Notes under the pieces: generated by a model
Told to the model about the DNA's origin: nothing
What the model saw: only the letters and a program-made list of their open reading frames with translations
The model's database searches: none
In this document: positions 60,257-64,000 of the stretch, piece by piece
How the letters are laid out: each line of letters opens with the position of its first letter
Position numbering within the stretch: position 1 is the first letter of the stretch
Program-made: the position numbers and the translations under genes
Origin: Pedobacter sp.
Lineage (GTDB): Bacteria > Desulfobacterota > Desulfuromonadia > Desulfuromonadales > Syntrophotaleaceae
Length of the DNA stretch: 64,000 bases
Direction: 5' to 3'
NCBI GenBank assembly: GCA_050253415.1
Contig: JBFWJC010000002.1
Location: 256,001 to 320,000 of the forward strand

Positions 60257-60628
60257 ATGGCTTTTAAAAAAATGAGAGATCGGGGAATGAATGTCAGGAT
60301 AGATGATGACCTGCTTGGGCGTCTTGTGTCGTACGAGGTTCACGTCAAGAAGCGTTTTGCCCGGGTGGCACAGAGTCGCTGGCTGGATTTTAACGTTGAT
60401 GCGGAGCAGGACTATGAAAAGCTCAAAGAATTGAAAAGCCGCATTACCTCCCTGGTTGATCTGGCTTTCTGCAGGTATGGCGTGGAAAAAGGACTTATGA
60501 AGGCCGGTCGGGATAGCACCGTCTCGGACCTGGATGATGATCTGGAAAGCCTTGCAGGACAGTTGAAAAGAACATCGATGAAAGACCTCAGCCCCTCAAA
60601 GGATAAGAATGTCTCCCATGTGATCTGA
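60257..60628 (+). CDS. Hypothetical protein
   Basis: Protein-like ORF in operon orientation; start uncertain. Confidence 0.55.
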   Translation: MAFKKMRDRGMNVRIDDDLLGRLVSYEVHVKKRFARVAQSRWLDFNVDAEQDYEKLKELKSRITSLVDLAFCRYGVEKGLMKAGRDSTVSDLDDDLESLAGQLKRTSMKDLSPSKDKNVSHVI

Positions 60629-60687
60629 ACATCCTGTGTGAGTTGTTTACGCGCTCTCGATCGAACCAAGGAAAGGAAGGCCGAAAC

Positions 60688-60990
60688 ATGGCATTGAAGG
60701 CTGCTTTTGTGTTTGTTGCACCTGGCGCTGATCCCGAAAAGGATCGAAGCGTAGTGGCAACACCCGAGGTTGAATTGATTACGGTTGGGGTGCCAGATTA
60801 CGCCAGCGCGGAAAAAATTGCGGTAGCGCTGGTTGCCGAAGGAATCGTTGCTATTGAACTGTGTGGCGGGTTCGGTCACGTCGGCACTGCGCGCGTTGTT
60901 CAGGCCGTGCAGGGCAAAGCCGCTGTCGGGGTGGTTCGATTTGACGTCCATCCCGGGTTGGATGGCAAAAGTGGCGATGAGATCTTTTGA
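60688..60990 (+). CDS. Small conserved protein (DUF6506-like)
   Basis: AAF.F.AP.AD, IELCGGFG. Confidence 0.7.
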   Translation: MALKAAFVFVAPGADPEKDRSVVATPEVELITVGVPDYASAEKIAVALVAEGIVAIELCGGFGHVGTARVVQAVQGKAAVGVVRFDVHPGLDGKSGDEIF

Positions 60991-61075
60991 CCTCTCCATG
61001 AGGCGATCTCGGCAGCCTGGTTGATTCGGTTTTATAGTCGAAAGACGACATGTTTCTAAATGGAAGGAGCTTTTG

Positions 61076-61567
61076 ATGAAACCACTGTTCCAGAAAGTGC
61101 TCCAGATAGCTATGGTCGTAAAGAACTGTGATGCTGCTGTAAAAACCTGGGCCGATGACTACGGTATCGGACCCTGGAATATTTATGAATTTAATCCGGA
61201 TACTGTGAACGACATGATTATCCGGGGCGAAAAGGTCGACTATGCCATGCGTCTTGCCCTGTGTGATGTCGGTGGGGTGCAATGGGAACTGATCGAGCCT
61301 AAAGACGACAAAAGCATATATGCCGAATTCCTCAAGTCCAAAGGGGAAGGTTTACATCATGTCGCTTTTGGTACCGATAATTACAAGGAAACCGTCAAGT
61401 ACTACAAAGACAAAGGCCTGCCTATCTTACAAGGCGGCGAGTGGGAAGGTTTGACTTATACCTATCTTGATTCGCAAAAAGACCTCAACCTTATTGCAGA
61501 AATTTACGACCTTACACCTGATTTCGCTTGGCCTGAACCGCAGGCTGTTTATCCCCCTGCAAAATAG
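61076..61567 (+). CDS. VOC/glyoxalase-family protein
   Basis: QIAMVV, ELIEP, EFL...GEGLHHVAF. Confidence 0.88.
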   Translation: MKPLFQKVLQIAMVVKNCDAAVKTWADDYGIGPWNIYEFNPDTVNDMIIRGEKVDYAMRLALCDVGGVQWELIEPKDDKSIYAEFLKSKGEGLHHVAFGTDNYKETVKYYKDKGLPILQGGEWEGLTYTYLDSQKDLNLIAEIYDLTPDFAWPEPQAVYPPAK

Positions 61568-61702
<135 letters not shown>

Positions 61703-61729
61703 AATCACCAGATAAAGATGGAGGGAAAA

Positions 61730-62029
61730 ATGGATAAAAATCAGCTGGTAGTCCTTGCCCGATTCAAGGCACGTGAAGGTAAGGAAGATCAGGCCCACAA
61801 CGAGTTAACGGCCCTGGTCGCGCCAACACGTACCGAACCCGGCTGCAAATATTACGCGTGCCATGCGGTGCAGGAGTCGCCCGGCGAATTTGTTTTCTAT
61901 GAAATTTGGGAAACCCGCCAGGCGTTGGATGAGCATATTCAAAAACCTTATTTGCAGGCCATTCTGGGCAAAGCCGAAGAACTTTTTGCCGAGGCCCCGG
62001 ATATACGGTTCCTGGAAAAGTTAGTGTAG
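61730..62029 (+). CDS. ABM-family (putative quinol monooxygenase) protein
   Basis: TR.EPGC..Y, F.FYE.W....AL..H...PY. Confidence 0.88.
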   Translation: MDKNQLVVLARFKAREGKEDQAHNELTALVAPTRTEPGCKYYACHAVQESPGEFVFYEIWETRQALDEHIQKPYLQAILGKAEELFAEAPDIRFLEKLV

Positions 62030-62108
62030 TGCCCATTTGAAAAGCTGAATCGCATTATTTTGCCTGTTCGTGTCAATGGTATTGAACCCAAAATAAGTGA
62101 GGCTACGT

Positions 62109-62444
62109 ATGAGCATCGAAGGAAAAGGCAAGCTGCTAAGGATTTATCTTAACGAAAACACCAAGCATGAAAATGGTCTTCTGTATGAAGCCATTGTGGA
62201 AACCGCCTTTAAAAAAGGACTGGCCGGATCCATGGTTTTTCGGGGTAATGAGGGGTTTGGCTTTTGTTGTTCGAAATGTCGGACGATTCACGAGGGGATG
62301 ACGATATCCCCGTGTCAGCCGATGGTTATCGAATTTATTGATACTGAGGAAAAAATTATCGCCTTGGTTCCCATCCTGAAAGGCATGCTCAAGACAGGTG
62401 CCATGATTATGCAGGATGCCGATATCTTATTTGACAAATATTGA
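62109..62444 (+). CDS. DUF190 (PII-like) protein
   Basis: LLRIY..E, LYEAIV, GLAG..VFRG.EGFG, P..IE.ID.EEKI. Confidence 0.82.
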   Translation: MSIEGKGKLLRIYLNENTKHENGLLYEAIVETAFKKGLAGSMVFRGNEGFGFCCSKCRTIHEGMTISPCQPMVIEFIDTEEKIIALVPILKGMLKTGAMIMQDADILFDKY

Positions 62445-62592
62445 GAATTTTCGTGGGGGTTTTTCGTTATGTGTCTGTCCATAACAAAGGAGGAATGTCA
62501 GGACTAGACTATTAAAATTTGCATTGCGTCATTACGCTAGGTTAGAGGAGCATATTTTTTGTAACAATTATCAGCGCATTTTTGGAGGTGTT

Positions 62593-63489
62593 ATGGAGAA
62601 GATAAGAAACAAAGCGCTTTTTCTGGTAATGGTAGCGACCTTTTTGCTGGTCGGGGGGTTCTGTAAAGCAACGAACTCTTTCGCGGTCGAAGGTATTATT
62701 CCGTATAGTGTTATCGGTACCAACGAATACAATCTGCCTGTCGGTTTTGATGAGCCGATCAATCTGCTTCTTTCCTACAATGTCTGGACGAACATTAATC
62801 AGAATTGGGATTCAAACGGTAAGGAGACATCGGTTACTCATTCAGATCTCTTCGCTTCGGTCAATAAATTTGCCCGTCTGTTCACCATCGACGGCATTGA
62901 CAATTGGGGCTTTCTGTGGGAAGGCGTCCTCTCCTTCGGTGGCTATACGGACGAAGATGGAAATCATGCTACCGGCCTGCTCGATCCCCAGACCGGTGTC
63001 GTAGCCTGGACCAAGCCCATCCCGAGCTGGACTCTTTGTTTTGAATACTGGCTGTACCTTCCTTTCGGGGACGACTCGCTCACGGGTGGTTCACTCAACC
63101 ACGCCGTTACCTGGATGAACAACCATCAGCTTTTTGATGGCAAAATCGTTGTCGACTGGGACCTCGGTTACAAGATCCGCGGGGACCAGCGGGTAAATGG
63201 TACCAGAGCTAAACAGGGTAACTCGATTTTTACAAACTGGGTTGTCACCTATATGCACAATCCTTATTTCAATCCCAACATCCATTTCGACTATGAAGCG
63301 TCCGAGTCCGGCAGGGATAAGGATACCGACGCAACTATCGCTTCCGGCTCGAATATGCAGGTTGGCATCGGTAACAGCATGAAACTCACCGATCGCCTGC
63401 TGTTCGACGTCTGGTACGCTTATGGTGTTGACGGAAGAAATGCTCCCAAGAGCAATAACGTTTTCACCCGCTTCATCTGGAGCTTCTAG
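62593..63489 (+). CDS. Outer-membrane beta-barrel transporter (Phenol_MetA_deg/SphA-like)
   Basis: Signal peptide, alternating aromatic strands, C-terminal Phe. Confidence 0.7.
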   Translation: MEKIRNKALFLVMVATFLLVGGFCKATNSFAVEGIIPYSVIGTNEYNLPVGFDEPINLLLSYNVWTNINQNWDSNGKETSVTHSDLFASVNKFARLFTIDGIDNWGFLWEGVLSFGGYTDEDGNHATGLLDPQTGVVAWTKPIPSWTLCFEYWLYLPFGDDSLTGGSLNHAVTWMNNHQLFDGKIVVDWDLGYKIRGDQRVNGTRAKQGNSIFTNWVVTYMHNPYFNPNIHFDYEASESGRDKDTDATIASGSNMQVGIGNSMKLTDRLLFDVWYAYGVDGRNAPKSNNVFTRFIWSF

Positions 63490-63514
63490 GTTTTTCGAAG
63501 TTCTGCGCATAATG

Positions 63515-63551
63515 GTAAGCCTCCCCCTGGATCTGCAAGGGGAGGCTTACG
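63515..63551. terminator. Hairpin terminator
   Basis: GTAAGCCTCCCC..GGGGAGGCTTAC. Confidence 0.7.
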
Positions 63552-63889
63552 CTAAAATTTTTCATGGCGGAAGAAATTAATTTGGCATAAAAATCGCCGT
63601 CGGAAGCGGAACAGGTCAGGGCAGGGCAAGTCATCGAATTGCAATTCATGGGTCGACTTGCCGTGACCTGTTTGTTGAGGTTCTTTGCAGAAAAAAACCG
63701 TTGTTATAGGTTGTATTATATAGCGGTGTCTCTGGGTTGAAAGGGGACCCGGTATGGTTAGATTCTCTCTCATAATCACGAGCACAGTTGCCAATGAGAA
63801 AGGAGTTTGATATGCTCAAGGTCGTCGTAAACGAGATAAGTTTTTTGAAGGCTGTATTTCCGTAAATGATTATTCATGAGGTGGAAAGG

Positions 63890-64000
63890 ATGCCTGAACA
63901 GGAATTCAACAGGCATATCCAGCGGATATTTTCCTGTGTTTCCGGCAACAAAGGAAATGACAGAGTTGAAGTCGACACTCCTATTGTTATGTCGTGGGAG
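63890..64000 (+). CDS. 5' part of a CDS leaving the window, possibly an AcoR-like sigma54 activator
   Basis: ATG after GAGGTGGAAAGG; ends IVMSWE, similar to the SW.RC start of AcoR-type GAF domains. Confidence 0.45.
   Translation, partial: MPEQEFNRHIQRIFSCVSGNKGNDRVEVDTPIVMSWE

Noticed and set aside
63812..63865. 17-codon ORF with AAGGAG RBS
   Set aside because: Too short to support; it could be a leader peptide but there is no further evidence.

Overview
Chromosomal window from an anaerobic deltaproteobacterium (inferred Desulfuromonadales, Syntrophotalea/Pelobacter-like, from gene content). The right half is mostly housekeeping and metabolism: nifE/nifN/NifU-NifQ, futalosine menaquinone genes, hisC, mutY, rnd, fumC, serS, three tRNA-Ser, tRNA-Arg with tadA, deaD, and a 2,3-butanediol dehydrogenase cluster. 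The left part contains a layered accessory region (about 6-22.7 kb). Its AT-rich core (about 7.0-13.9 kb) is the most interesting feature. It holds a translationally coupled TIR / Nmad2-like / frameshifted TIR / TIR-SLOG operon. Directly after it comes a P-loop dTMP-kinase fused to an aGPT-Pplase1 (5-hmdU DNA kinase helical)-like domain, plus a radical SAM/SPASM enzyme. Together these form a candidate defence system that couples TIR nucleotide signalling to base-hypermodification chemistry. Other notable structure: a pduL cassette that splits a small gene at a 13-bp direct repeat, a duplicated putP 3' end bracketing a 5.2-kb cargo block, a multi-copy palindromic repeat family, a (GTGACTG)15 microsatellite and an SDR gene remnant. 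Family assignments come from motif recognition only; no searches were run.
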